This document shows positions 14,826 through 29,200 of a stretch of DNA of 64,000 bases, piece after piece (position 1 is the first letter of the stretch; each line of letters begins with the position of its first letter). The notes below the pieces were generated by a model. The model worked only from the letters and a program-made list of their open reading frames with translations, was not told the origin of the DNA and did not search any database. The stretch is from Chrysomallon squamiferum (taxonomy: Eukaryota; Animalia; Mollusca), in the NCBI GenBank assembly GCA_012295275.1, contig CM022672.1:28334001-28398000 (forward strand). Direction: 5' to 3'. A program made the position numbers and the translations under genes.

Positions 14826-15918
14826 AAATAATTCAGATCTAATTCAGTGTAACTCTCTAACCACTGAGCCGTCTTTATTTATTAGTAATGAATAAAATAA
14901 AGTAAAAGCAGATAACGTTTATTCATTTATTACCATCAGGCTGTCCATTTATTATTTAATTGTATTTATGTAAGTACAGAAATGTTTTTAAATAATAATT
15001 AAAATCGTAGTCGGATTTCTAAGCAGGATTCGTTGTCGTATAAACTCTCAGTCTGTTTTCACTAGTTATTCTTTAACATATTTTGTCAAGAAGTAACTTT
15101 AAGAAAACTGTGAAATATTAATCATTTTGAACAAAATTGTAACATAAGTCTGTTGCAGTGGAGTTACTAAGGCTAGTTTTATATTTAAAATATGAAAAGA
15201 AGAATAATTTCGTATATAACTTAAAGCACAACGTGCATATCCATAACTGCAAATGGTTAACATTTAAATTAGATAAACGCGGTAGACTGTCGAAATAACC
15301 ATTCTACATTACTCAGTTTCCTCTTCCTGCCGGAGATTGACTGTTGGTGCACCAAAGAAAAAACTGAGTAAAGAAGATACAGAAAATGTCTTTACATATC
15401 AAATGAAATAGGAATCAGTGTTTCATATCTCATGTTAAATAGACCAGTAGGCAGCGTGACTAATTCCTCGAACAGGTTTCTAAACCACAACTAAAAGCAG
15501 AACTGTTTCTTCTTTGTAATAGTGTCAGTGAGACACTGGTATGACTTTGTGACAGTGTATTTCTAATCAGTTTTAAATTACTGATTTAGGCTTGCTGCTC
15601 GGACCTTGCTCGGGTATCACTGCTGTGTGGTTTGGCGGGTGAAATGGAATCGTAATGAGCCATGATTTATTATAGGTAGCTGTTTGCCGTGATAAACCAC
15701 CCGTGATAAAGTCATTGTAAGCCGTCAGGAAACTAAGCATTATTGCTCTTGCTATTTATTCAAGCAAGAAAAAATAGTCCATGCGCCGAATCGGGATTTA
15801 CGCTAGTTTTTGTGCAGTGAATCATTAATGTGTTTTTCGTTGGTGAATAACTAAAGAGTTCTCAGAACTGAATTTATTTTCAATATTTACATATTTTTAT
15901 TGCGACATTTTACAAGAT

Positions 15919-15975
15919 GTGGGGAGATATAGCCCAGTGATAAAGTAAATTGATACTACAGTGATACGGGATCAT
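15919..15975 (+). mobile_element. Possible degenerate tRNA-derived SINE head
   Basis: GTGGGGAGATATAGCCCAGTGATAAAG resembles a Pol III A-box-bearing SINE 5' end. The B-box is degenerate. Confidence 0.3.
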
Positions 15976-15991
15976 CTCTCGTGCACATTCA

Positions 15992-16022
15992 CAATAATAA
16001 CAACAACAACAACAACAACAAC

Positions 16023-16062
<40 letters not shown>

Positions 16063-16148
16063 GTAGTAGTAGTAGTAATAACAATAATAATAATAGTAAT
16101 AATAATAATAATAATAATAGTAATAATAACAATAATAATAATAATAAC

Positions 16149-16198
<50 letters not shown>

Positions 16199-16352
16199 TA
16201 ATAATAATAATAGTAATAATAACAATAATAATAATAACAATAATATTAATAACAATAATAATAATGATAACAATAATAATAATAATAATAACAATAATAA
16301 TAATAATAGTAATAATAATAATAACAATAATAATAATAATAGTAATAATAAT
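15992..16352. repeat. About 360-bp imperfect (AAT)n/(AAC)n/(AGT)n microsatellite
   Basis: Read directly; it is the source of the poly-N/I/L ORFs. Confidence 0.95.
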
Positions 16353-16721
16353 ATACAGATACATATATTCCATTCAGATAATCTGTCATGCAAATATCGA
16401 ATGGCTGGTAATGTAAATTGTTTGGTACGTGCTCTCGATTCCTTGGGACACCATCGGACAAAATTTATTTATACCAATAGCAACACTACATTTTGGAATT
16501 ACACGATTATTATTATTATTATTAAAACTAGTGAGAGATTCCGTAATTAAAAAAAAATATTAATGATTTCTTCCACTGAATACAAATATATATATATATA
16601 TTATGAAATTATTTTTTCGCCTTTTGGTTTTTATTTTGGATAGACCTTTATTTATTTATATTTATTTTGAAATACTGAGATGAAAATAAATAAATTAAAA
16701 TTAAACTGAATAACAAAAGGA

Positions 16722-19058
16722 GAAGAAGAAAACTAATAAGTAGAATAGAACTTTTTTAAATAATTGCTTTTTAAAATTTATTTACTCATTCGTTTATTTA
16801 TTTATTTATTTATTTATTTGTTTGTTTATTTGTTTGTTTGTTTGTTTGTTTGTTTGTTTACTCATTTTATTTGTTTGTTTTTTATTTTTAATTCCAATAC
16901 TATGATACTATGAATAAGTAACGTCTAACTTAGATCGTAATGCAGCATAACAAACTATCCTAATTGTCATTTATCCCCCGGCAAAGTGATGCTCTGTAGC
17001 AGAGCGCCATCTATTTTATGGATAAATGTTGCAGCTGTTGAAATAACCAATGGCGATAACTATCACCTATCATTATTTCAATATTAAGTGTTCTCTACGA
17101 TAGTCGCATCTCTCAGCGCTTTTATTAAATAATATGATAAAATCTTTTATTGCTAGTCCATTTATCCGTACTCTTTTACCTAAGTTAAATAATGTATCTG
17201 TTGCCGCCGAAGTCGGAAAAATAATGTTACTAAAATCAGATCGAATGACTGAAATGGGTAACAGCTGTTGAAATTGGCAGGTTGCCTCTGATTCGCTGAG
17301 AGATACACACATCGCTTATATCAATGACATCTTATCACATTTCCAGTAAATGTTACCACACCATCTACGCTTGTCACAAACAGTTTTATAGGAGTAATAG
17401 CTGCCGTTTAAAAGCCGATTAAAAATAATCAGAAGGGCTTTTTTTTCAAGTTTTATATTATTTATTTATTTAAAATATATACACCCTTTATACAGAAATT
17501 GCAGTTCGCATAAAGACATAGAGTGAAGAGAAATATAGCAAAGTGAAAGACTAAATATGTGAAATAATGTTTAAGTATGAATTAGCCGTGTTATTAATTC
17601 ATATATTGATACACTAAATTAAATATAACAATTTTTTTTTTTTTTTTTTATTCTATATATTAATACTGAATAATTTAACGAAATAAAAAAAATACAACCG
17701 ACCCAAAAAAACACGAAAAAAACACCTGACAGATTAATTGTCCGAAAATTGAGAAAGAGAGAGCTAACTATACAAATAAAAATTATTTTTCATACCTCTT
17801 ATCAAACTGAGTATATCAGAATATGTCACACTGTTCTTTTATTATTATTTTAACTTTTTTAAACAGATATTTAAACCACTTGACGTACGTGTGTGTGTCT
17901 GTGTGTGTCTGTGTGTGTGTGTGTGTGCGTGTATGTGTAAGAAAAAAAATATTTGCCATCTGAGGCAAATTTGCTGAGACTGGCGAACTGGATTCCTGTT
18001 TACTGCACCGCATGACATTTGGAATAAAACGACGACTTTCGAGAGGGTATAGTATGTCTGTAAGCACCCGCCACGGCACTTGGTCTCCTTGTTTCCATCT
18101 ATTCAGTGTTCTTTTACAGCGCACTCACCCTTTCTTCACAAGTGTCAGTCAGATTGACCGATACCGTCTTTCAAAATAAGTGTGTGAAAAATGACTTTTC
18201 AAACACTCTCAACGGTTGTCTTTGTGGCAATAGGACATTGACGAGCGAGGGAAAATGTCTTGTTTTCTCTGAAAGGATGTCCCCACTAATCCGCTTCACT
18301 GACTCCACTCTCCCATGGTTGTGTATATCTTTCACAGATTAACTCGATCGTCTTTTCGAACCACCTGTTTGTGTTTTTTTCGATTAATATAATAGATTTT
18401 TCGATGGATTGAGCAAGAAAGAAATACATTTTCTGTCTTAATACTGCTTCACACCAAGGATTTTTCTTACTAACTACTTATTCAGCATTTTGTGTTTACA
18501 TACCTCCTTAGCGTATTGAAGACATTTGAATCTTGGAATAAAAATGTTGTGAGTCTGTCTCAACGAGCAGTATTTTCTTCCATGTACGCGATATGACCCA
18601 TTCAAGTTTGATAAAGTTTAACCTCGTATATGTACAGCTAATATCAAAGAATGAGTTTGCATTTCAACGGCTATTGTGTATAACCAAAATAGATTATTTT
18701 TTCCAACTAACAGTTATTTTATCATTCTTTTTCAATCACAACATTTGAATGTGTAGATCGAGTGCTAAGTGCAATGTGTATGACTGCTGTGTTTTGATAG
18801 TGATTAAAATAATATTACTCTTCGACATTTTTTTCTTTATTCAGTCTCAAAATGAATATAATTTATTTGATAATTTCGAAACCAAAAATTTGCAAATGAT
18901 CTGTATTTTACTGTTAGTATGATTTTTTAAAATATGAACTCAACAAAAAAGTCAGTTTAATTTCTCCCTCTTATTAAATATGTATCAATCAATAGACAAT
19001 TTTTTTTTATTATTCCTTCATTTTTTAAAAACACAACTTCTTCTATAATTACGTTAAA

Positions 19059-19090
<32 letters not shown>

Positions 19091-19173
19091 AAAATTAAAA
19101 TTAATAATAAAAGTAGAAGAAAACTAATAATTAGAATAAAACTTTTTTAAATAACTGCTTTTTAAAATTTATT
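16722..19173 (+). repeat. Dispersed direct duplication of about 60 bp (16722-16782 and 19116-19173)
   Basis: AGAAGAAAACTAATAAKTAGAATARAACTTTTTTAAATAAYTGCTTTTTAAAATTTATT occurs twice. Confidence 0.8.
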
Positions 19174-19955
19174 ACATAATAGATGATAACAATGAAAGTG
19201 ACACATAGAACATTTTCTGTCTTTCAGCTCAATGTTTGAAGTAAAAGTTATTCTCTAACGTTAATTGTTTTTCTGTTTAAAAATATATAAAAGCATTTAT
19301 CATTAAGAAAAATTATTAAAAGCAAATAATAATAATTTATTATTTTTATATAGTATCTAATTATAATATTACTGCTACAATTTTTGTTCTCTTTTTCTTC
19401 TTTAACGTTTTTGTACGTTTATATTAGAATTCCAGCAATTTATTTCTTTGTTCTAAAAACTAGAAATCTCAATACGATCACAAAACTGGAACAGGTATTA
19501 TTTTAAAACAAATGATACGCCTTTTAAAAAGTCACTAAAGAGCAAAATGTCACATAATAAACGACGAAATCAAAGCGTCCGTCCATATATATATATATAT
19601 GTAATATTATTTATGCAGTTGTAATTAACTTCTCTTTTCGATTTAAATACTCCCCTGCTTGTTTGAATATTGCTTGTGACTTTCCTACTTTTCGGTCGAT
19701 TGTATCTCTCTACCTGTGTTACCTGTACGGTGTCTCTGTTCCATTTTACGCGTATCCTTATTAAATAAATGATAAAATCAGACAAGGCCACGCTTGGTGC
19801 TACTGTGAAAGGAAGACATGCACGCCGCCGCGGCTCATGCTGAGTATTTGACGACGTGAAAATTATTAGTTACGCTTTAACGGCTTTATCGATGGGGTGG
19901 GACATAGACAACCAGGGATGACATTTATTTACAGTGATGGTCTTCTTTTAGATAC

Positions 19956-19997
<42 letters not shown>

Positions 19998-20148
19998 GTT
20001 GTTGTTGTTACATTAAATGTATTTATTTAATAACATTTTAGTATATTACTATTTTGATTAAATGATACTATTTAAACAGGCTCACATAGTTACTTAAATA
20101 ACATAAGAATCAGAAGTTTTACACAAAAAGAGATGAACTTGTTTTTGG

Positions 20149-20184
<36 letters not shown>

Positions 20185-20639
20185 GTTTATATACGAATAT
20201 TACTGAAAAGAATATTATGTTATTGTTTTCATTCTCATGGTAAACCGTTAAGTAAATTTTATCCTTAAAATTTTCTTTTAATAGAAAATATATTTGTTAG
20301 TTTATTTTCCACAAATATAAAAATATATCATAGCCACTGTTTTTATCTTATATTTATATAACTTTAATTTTAACAGATATTTTCTATCAGTTACAGAAAC
20401 ATTTATATCTCTTTCAGCTATTGACTTTATTATGAAAATGACATTATAATGAATATGATGAGATTATGATAATGAGATGCTGATGATGATAATAATAATG
20501 ACGACGACAACGACAATGAAAATGTATAAATACTGCAGCTGTGTCTGTAAAATTTATTTCTTAAATTAATTTTGAGGTTATCTGTGTATGTATGGTATCA
20601 AATATTTAAATAAAATTTCAGTTTCTGTTACATTTTCAG

Positions 20640-20835
20640 ACGCAATGCCTACTCAGACCCTTCTTAAAGAAGTATGTTCAGGATGTCAGATGCCAATCGA
20701 AGATCGGTTCTTACTCAAAGTCATGGAGAATTCCTGGCATGAACACTGTTTACAATGCGTCATATGTCAGAACCCGCTCACTGGCTCGTGCTTTGCACGC
20801 GACCGGAAGTTATACTGCAAACATGATTACGAAAA
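20640..20835 (+). CDS. LMX1: Lmx1 exon, LIM domain 1
   Basis: [55 protein letters not shown]; acceptor TTTTCAG, donor AA|GTAAGT. Confidence 0.95.
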
Positions 20836-21151
20836 GTAAGTGTTGTCTTGTTTTTTAAGAGTATTTTTGTCTACAGTTGTTTTATTTAATGGATTTGTTT
20901 GTAAAAAAAAAAATATAGTTCAAGAATGATATTTAGAAAAGTTTGATCTTCCCTAATGGCGCTAATAACTGTAGTGTCCTAAATATCAACAAAGTTATTG
21001 TAGGTCATTTAAACATTTACGTTTCAATTTATATTAAATTTTAGGAACAGAAACATTTGTTGTAAGAACAGATAAATGTTAATTATAAATAGACTAAAGA
21101 AAAAAAAAGAAACAAAGAAATTAAAATATAATTCCAGAAACTAAAGAAAAG

Positions 21152-21219
<68 letters not shown>

Positions 21220-24200
21220 GGAAGAGAGTGAAGAAAGGCGGGAAAATGAAGAAGAAATAGAAACAAGTTAATACAATCAAGTATAAATACAAGATTCAAA
21301 AGTGTTCGACTTTTATAAATGCTTTTTTATTTATTTATTTTTATAAGAAGATTTTTTAGAGATACGTTACGAATGTTAAAAAAACGTCATCCGACATGAT
21401 TCCACCCATACGAATTCCAAAACAACTCCCTTTGAAAAATGGATGCAATGTGTTTAGTTTCTTTGGTCAGTCTTCAAACGATTATAATGGGATTATGTTT
21501 TTTTCTGTTAGTACCTTCCAAAATTTCTAATATACAAAATTAAACAGTTCTATATATCCGAAAAGTCACAAAAACGCCAATATGTTCATTTTATTCTTGT
21601 GTCCATAAATTGAAAATTTCCATGTCGAGAAATATCCAACATATAAAGCAAAATAACAAAGACCAGTAATATAAATGGAATTTTTTTTTTTTTTTTTTTT
21701 TTTTTTTGCTATCATATAAACAGGAGAATTATGACTCCATGGCAACTAAGACAACAATAAAATTAATCAATATCTTTGGAAAAACCATCCAGAGATGTAA
21801 TATCCTTCATATGTTAGCGCGTTCTTTGCAGCAAAGGTTATAGAAGGTTACAAGGGAGTAATAATCTGGCTGAAAACCTAAACAATTTATTAACTAACTG
21901 TGACAAAGCTCTGCCTTGATCCAAAGTCAGTTCGTTCATTGATTACAAATGATGATCGGCTGTTTATGGCCCCGCTGGGAGACGTTCATTTACGAAGCAT
22001 CTGTCATGGAGAAGTGCCAATATTGGAAGCGTTCTGAATGTCTTAATTGAACTAATGACGTCGTTTTGAGCTGTTCGGATCTCTTCGGGGAATTACCCGA
22101 TTCACGAAAATTTGATTTATAAATCCGGTCGTTGTAGTATTGTTGAAGACTGATACCACAGGACTAATAAAAGAAAGATATTATGAGGAGACAGAGGCGC
22201 CTGCGAGATTAATTCAGTGGTTGGAAAAACAAACAGAGTTGTGTAAGCTCGTCCTGTGGTGACGATATTAACATCGTTAGTTACTGTCTAGTCAAATAGT
22301 ACACCACAAAGAGTGCAATAAAAACTGTTTATTTTACTTCATTCACTTATTGTATGTCGTGTTTCAAATCAAAGTACACAATTTAAAGTGTTTGTAGTCA
22401 GTAGAACACAAATTTGTCATCATAATTAATTTTGTGCAGTGTCTGGTATAATAATTAATATTTTAAATCGTGTTATCATAATTAATTTCTTGATAATCGG
22501 TTATTGTTTATATATATATGTCTATATATAGTAACAAAATTCATTACCATACTTCGCTCCAATGTGACCATTGGCCCCAAGTATTACATCATACTGTTAG
22601 TAGGTTTACTGTATTAGGTTTTCGTGGTTGAAGTGAAAAGGATACATTTACAATATGACCACCGCGATATTATCGTAGTCATTTGTCAAGTAATGATATT
22701 AAATTTCGTTTATATATTAATGAAATAGAAGTAGTACAAATGTGCATACTAAAATAGTATCGGTCAATGCTTGTTGGTTTTTCAGTGTTATTCCCAGAAA
22801 CAATATGGAAATGTTCTACCTATTCACTCCTATTTACTATGCACCTCTGAAACAGTTTCAGGTTTTTATCAAGGTTGAATGGAGACAAAATCTTTGAGGT
22901 CGGCGATCGTCATTGAATAAAATGTTAAAAGACATTTAGTGATTAAAAATTTAAAGTCATATTAATTTCCCAACAATTCAATAAATGCTCTCTGTTTCTT
23001 TCTTTTCTTTCATTTTTTTTTTATCCTATTATTATTCACCGCCGAATTGTTAAATTTTAACTAGACAAATAATAATTTTAAAAAGTATTTTAACATTATA
23101 AATTATACAGCATTTGCTATAAAATTTATTTCTCTTAATTCTTTATTATTATTAATTTAATGTACTTATTATATTTATTATGTTTTTGCATATTCTTTCG
23201 TTCTTTCTTTCTTATTATTATTGTTGTTGTTGTTGTTGTTGTTACTATTATTTACAAAATTAATGATATAACAGCTTCAGAATAGAATTTAAATTGTTCC
23301 AAATAATCACACTAATTGTGTTTTCTAGTTTGGATTTTCTTATATTTTTATACCGGTAATCAGCCTTAATTATCAAATTTCGTTGATTTGCCAGTCATCT
23401 ACATAATAGAAGTATCCCGTAGTAAAAACTTGCGACATCGGGATTATGTTCGCGAAAATCATAGGTCTAGATGTTCTCATTTGTCAAGTATCGATGTTAG
23501 CAGGGATTTGCGGGAAAAAACCAGGCAATTATTCTACAAGCATTTATATTATGAAATGCCTTAGTTTGGATCGGACTGATAACCTCTGAATTGGCGATGT
23601 TTACTTTGGATTTTGTGCCATATGTCAAAAATTTAGGATCTAACGAGGGCTTTAACTAGACACATTCTTTTTCAAACAAGCAACGTGATCCTTTGACGTC
23701 TTCTGCTATTTTATTTGTACCATTATAAATATATATTATTTTACTTAAAATATGATAGACAATGTAAGCGACAAAACAGAATGAAATAAAAGTCTATCTC
23801 AATACAGGTGCGTTAATCGCCGGAAGTACTGACCCAGAAATGTCCTTATGTGACTAGGCTTCTAGGCAACGATGGTACTAGGAATATTTGAACGATGATG
23901 TGCCTTACCACGAATGTTCATATCCACGTGTGAACACCGCGGGGGCTGTTACTAATCCTAATTTTATGTGTCAGTTTATCCCGCAGTTGTGTGCGACCAC
24001 CAGGCGTTCAAATCCACGCTGTTTGTCGATGAATTCAGGCCTTCAAGGCTTGGGTCATATTGTAAAAAAAAGTCTGTTTGCTTCAACTCTTAAAATTTGT
24101 TAAGTTTCGTTCGCCGGAAATTAGTTTCTATTTCTGTTGTTCACGCATGGCGTAGTTTAAAGAAGAAAATAAGGACCAAACACAAAGATTTGTTTAAAAA

Positions 24201-26126
24201 TAGTGTATCGCGATGTTTTGTTGTATTTTGATGAGTTTGCTTTCCATTATTTTTATGTTATCAAATTATTAAATACTGATTAACATAATAAATCTCTATC
24301 TCTGCATGTGACAGTCTTTCTTTGTATGTCTTTTATGTATTATACAGGGCGTTTTTTCAATAAAAGAGATATGTTGATAATATTAACATGTAACACTACA
24401 ACGCTGCATCATTTAATTACGCCCTGACCTTAAACTAAAAGGATTTCTAACAGACAATAACAACGAGAACAGTAATAATATTTAAATAAACGTTATTAAC
24501 TATTATCAAATTGTTTTTACGTTGTTGGGTTTTTTGTGGGGGGTTTTTTTTTTTTTTTTTTTTTTAGTATGTTAAACTGTTTATATTGTTATTACTCTCA
24601 TTATAATTTATTTCATTCATGTTCATAATGTAGTTATTCAAATTAACGTAAAACTTATTTCCAAAATTGTTTATAAATATATATATATGCGGTTTCTAAT
24701 TTTCTTTATTTCTATTTTTTTTTTTTTTAAAAAGCATCGGATTTAAAATCAGAAATTCCTTTTAAAATTATAATAATTCATTATCTGTTGACGATTTTAT
24801 TTAAAACAAATAAATTGAACTGTTCTAAGTTACATTTCCACTGACATCTGAAATGTACAAAGAAAAGCAGAAAGTTAAATAAATAATCTCCAAAGATCAC
24901 GTACAATATTGCAAATTAAGCAATCTCAGAGAAATAATATTCGCTTGCGATTGCTGTAAAGACTGTTTTATTTTGTTATTACATAGTAATCTTTGAACCA
25001 TGTCCAACTTTCTTAAAATATAAATTTTATTAAAGAACTCGACTTTTTTCTTGTTTTCATTATGTAAAATTGGTCGATTTAAAAATATTTTATTTTGTTT
25101 GAACCCATTTGGTGGTATATATTTTTGTTTATCATTATCGTTGTTGTTCTCTTTCTTCTTTATTATTATTATTACTATCATGACGACGATCATTATTATT
25201 CTGATAAGTCTCAGTCATTCTGAGCAGATACGGTCTGAAAACAACCTAAAACACCTCTTCTCTAGTTAATTACTTTATTAATAAGTTTATGAAAGTAGAT
25301 ATATTATATAATAATGATTTATATCAATACCTAAACAAATTGAAACCGAAGATAATAGATAAATAAATAAAGTTTTATGAAAATAAAAACAAATTAAAAT
25401 GCTCGTTAATTAATAAAAAGAAACGAGACAATCAAAAGAAATAAATCAAACTATATAATTTATAGAAACTGGAATAATGTACCGCTTTTATCTGTGATTT
25501 TTAAACAAAATCTTTGTCAGTATAGAATAAACAGCTTTTCACTAACAGAGAGATTTTCTCAGAGAACCAAACAACCCCATCAATCATTTATTACCTGTTA
25601 TTTTTCTATCGATACACCGCATTGATCAGGCACCCGAGAAAAAAATGACAAAACTAAGAATACAAACCACATCAGCACTCGAGTAAAAGCAAAAGCATTA
25701 TAGGATATCTAACACGCTGAATGACAGAAGAAATGTGATACAGAACACAACAGTGGCTGAATGCCAAGCCTCGGGTCTACTTTGTACTTTGACTGACTCC
25801 AGCCAATAAAATGGAGATCAGCGGAGTTTCATTGTCTTTGGCAATGGAACTGCAAGGAGGATATCGCCTTGTCCAAGCCCTGTGTTGTAGGGTGCGCTGC
25901 AAGTATGAAATTATACAAATAACGAGTGACAGGCTAATTTTTAAACTGTTACTGTATTCATCAACTGTCATCAGTGGGAACAAGTTTTAAATAATTAAAA
26001 AATATTCGATAAAATAAAATAAAAATTAAAGTATTTTAAATAGTTTCCATGTTCTAGTTCTGTGTAACCAACTACGTTTGTGTATGACTCTATGCATTTG
26101 TCTGCATCAATAAGTAAACATCCATA

Positions 26127-26254
<128 letters not shown>

Positions 26255-29200
26255 TTATTAATAAAGGTAAGAATTAGGATTAGGATTAGGCATTATGCAA
26301 ATTCGAGGAAACAGCATTGACATAAAATGATATAAAATCTGAGAACTGAAATTCAAAGAATAAATTAATTTATACAAATATATAGTTAAAAAAATGAGGA
26401 CAATAACAAAGTTAAAAAGATGAAAAGTATATGTGAAATGATGAAATCTTTATAAAACTCAAAAAGAGGTAAAACTGTAAAAGAAAATCCTGTGTAAATA
26501 ATTCATATTATGAAAAGTAACATGGTAATTGAACACAATATATTTGTACAACAATACTAATGTTTTTGTTGTTGGATTTCACAACATACACACACGCATC
26601 CAGGTTATTTGTGTTGCTTTGAAAATCATTCTTGTGGGGTATATGTGAAATATGTTTAAAGTATGCTTTAATTCGTGCATTCAATAAGAATCGAGAAGAC
26701 TCTGTTGTTTGTTGGTGTGATCCAGTTCACCTTTTCTGTTTTATGGCCTCGGATGATAATCAGCAAACCCAGGTGTGCAGTGCTTCGGTCGCGTAGGGTG
26801 GGCGAAAGTCCACAAAATACGAAAAGCCGGGATTAGTACAAGAGAAAAAGAGCGAAGAACTGAAAAGCAGATTCAAGCATGAAAATGATATTGCTCAAAG
26901 ATGAAGTCAACACAGGGGCGGAAAAAGGTACAAGTGGCGAAAATGCGCCGAGGAGGTGTATTGTATCCAGAAGAAAGCTATCAAAGAGAACGGCGGCGAG
27001 TGCTGATATTCATAATAATGGCATATTTCACGCCGTTTCAAAAGCCGCAGTCGTATTGCCAACAATGGGCTCGAGGGATTTAACGCGAGATGATCCGCAG
27101 AAGGCCGAAGATTTGTTTGCACTCTGTTGTCACGTCTAAGTGTTGAAAGCGAGACTAGGAATCGTTGTGCTGACGGCTGTATGAGGTAGTCAATTCAAGC
27201 CAGAGAGGTGTTAGCCTAGCTTTTTTAAAAAGTCTCTCAAACTCGGCGTTTAGCAGTTCTTCAAATGATGAGAGAGAGAGAGAGAAGAATGCAGAGCTGA
27301 GAAGTATGAAAAAAAAATAAAAGAGAAGTGACTCTGAGCTGCATTATTAGCTGTATTGCAACAGCAGGTCTGCAACGATCGAAAACTCTTGGTTGATAGA
27401 ACGCTTGTATAGTGACGACTGAGATCGCCTCTTTAAGTATATTTCATGCAGGTTGACTATAGATGAAATGTTTTTAATCCGTGAAAAGAGAAAATGACAA
27501 TAAAAATCTGAAATTCTATTTGAACACAAGTCACACACTTAATTAAATGGATCGTATTGCATGAACCAGATACAATATTTCTCAAACCTGTTTCCGGTCG
27601 AATCATATCTCGATTTTCAAAACAAAATGTGATATATTCTGAAACTGGGCACTGGTTTCCATGTATCAGTTTTGCTTTGATCAGTATAATCAAATTCTCT
27701 TTATTTATTTTTCGCTGCAATCCTTTGACTGGAAAACTGATATTTCATATTTAACTGTTCTTGAATATAATTTCATTTTTATACTTTACTATTATTTTAT
27801 TTATTTTTGTTGTTGTTCTTTTTGTTCTTGTTCCTCGATTTGAGGTATTTCTTGTGGTCTGTGTGTGTATGTAGACTGTATTTCTTTGGCGGTAATTGCC
27901 ATCGTCAAAGTTGTTCTTGAAAATGCTGTTGCCAGCTGTAACTGAGTATAATGTCATGTCGACTTATTTCACTTTCAGCTGTCGTCGATATAACAAATGT
28001 AGTAACAGAGGTTGTTGTTGTTGATGATGCTGTTGCTGTGATTTAGAATCAAATGGTGTAGACATATTTCAGCTGTTGTTGTCGATTCTTCTGCAGCACG
28101 TTCGTAACCACTGACCAATCTCAAATTTTTCAATCTTTATACCCATATTTTCACAAAAGTGTAATCGAATTTTCAACTGAAATTTCAGACAGTTATATTT
28201 ACGTAACAGATGGAATTGAAAATTTTGACAGTAGATATTAATTCTTAATTTTTATTCTGATTTAGCTTTAAATGTTCGAGACTAGGTAATACTTAATATA
28301 GATCAACAAGTCATAAATATTTCAGTCAACATGCTATCACTGTGCCCTTTTTCTGAACTGATTGGAAAAAGAGACGATATGTTTTACGTGAATATGACTT
28401 TAAAGACAAAACTATTCACTGTGTAAAGAAAATAATGTTAAGGACTGATAATAATGGCTCTAACTGTACGTAACTTATAAAAATGTTTACACCTACAAAA
28501 ACCTGTCATCCATTTAACTTCATATTTAATTTTAGCATGAATAATTAAAATGGTTGTATATCACATTAATGTCTATATCTATGTGTTTGTACGTATTTAA
28601 ATATGTATATTTATAATTAAAAATCAATTAACTAGTCAGATATACAACCATTTAAATTTAGTTTTCAGTATTAAACCATCTGGGAATTTGTTTCTGAAAC
28701 AAAAAATTATTGTATTTATTTTACGACAGAGACTTAATAATAATAATAATAATAATAACAACAACAACAACATCATCAACAACAACAACAACAACAATAA
28801 TAATAATAATAATCGTCATCATCATCATAATGATAATAATCTATGTCACATCCTCAAAGAAAACGAATACAACTGATTCAGAATCCACCTATCTTAACAT
28901 GTGTACACTATTTTAGTTTTTGTTAGATTTTTTTATATTTGCCAAACATTGTACAGATGGAAATATTTTCCTAAAATATCTACCATTCATTTTCTAAAGA
29001 GATCTCGCGCCTGTTTGTTTGCAGTGAAATACACCAATGTAAAAACATAATATTGACGTTTGCGTTTCCTCTTTGAAAGGTAACTCAAACTGGACTTCAA
29101 AGGTAACTACTTTCTGTGACATCCCCTTTGAAAATCTTAAATACCCGAGAAAAAATATTTGTTAATATTCAAAAGCTGTTTTCTGTAGGTAATTCAGAAT

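Noticed and set aside
15919-15990. tRNA gene
   Set aside because: Only an A-box-like start; no cloverleaf or intact B-box.
15961-16550. Long poly-N/I/L ORFs, and similar YI/ER/SL/HT ORFs at 2413-3173, 6134-6458, 26080, 30533, 33076, 38600, 41267 and 41960
   Set aside because: Stop-free readings of microsatellites, with no splice or homology support.
19818-19859. MHAAAAHAEYLTT as the Lmx1 first coding exon
   Set aside because: The available GT donors are phase 2 while the LIM1 exon needs phase 1, and the ORF stops after 13 codons.
20588-20639. ORF-track N-terminal extension [17 protein letters not shown], and analogous extensions at 40443, 42649, 44415 and 55375
   Set aside because: Intronic read-through upstream of clear AG acceptors.
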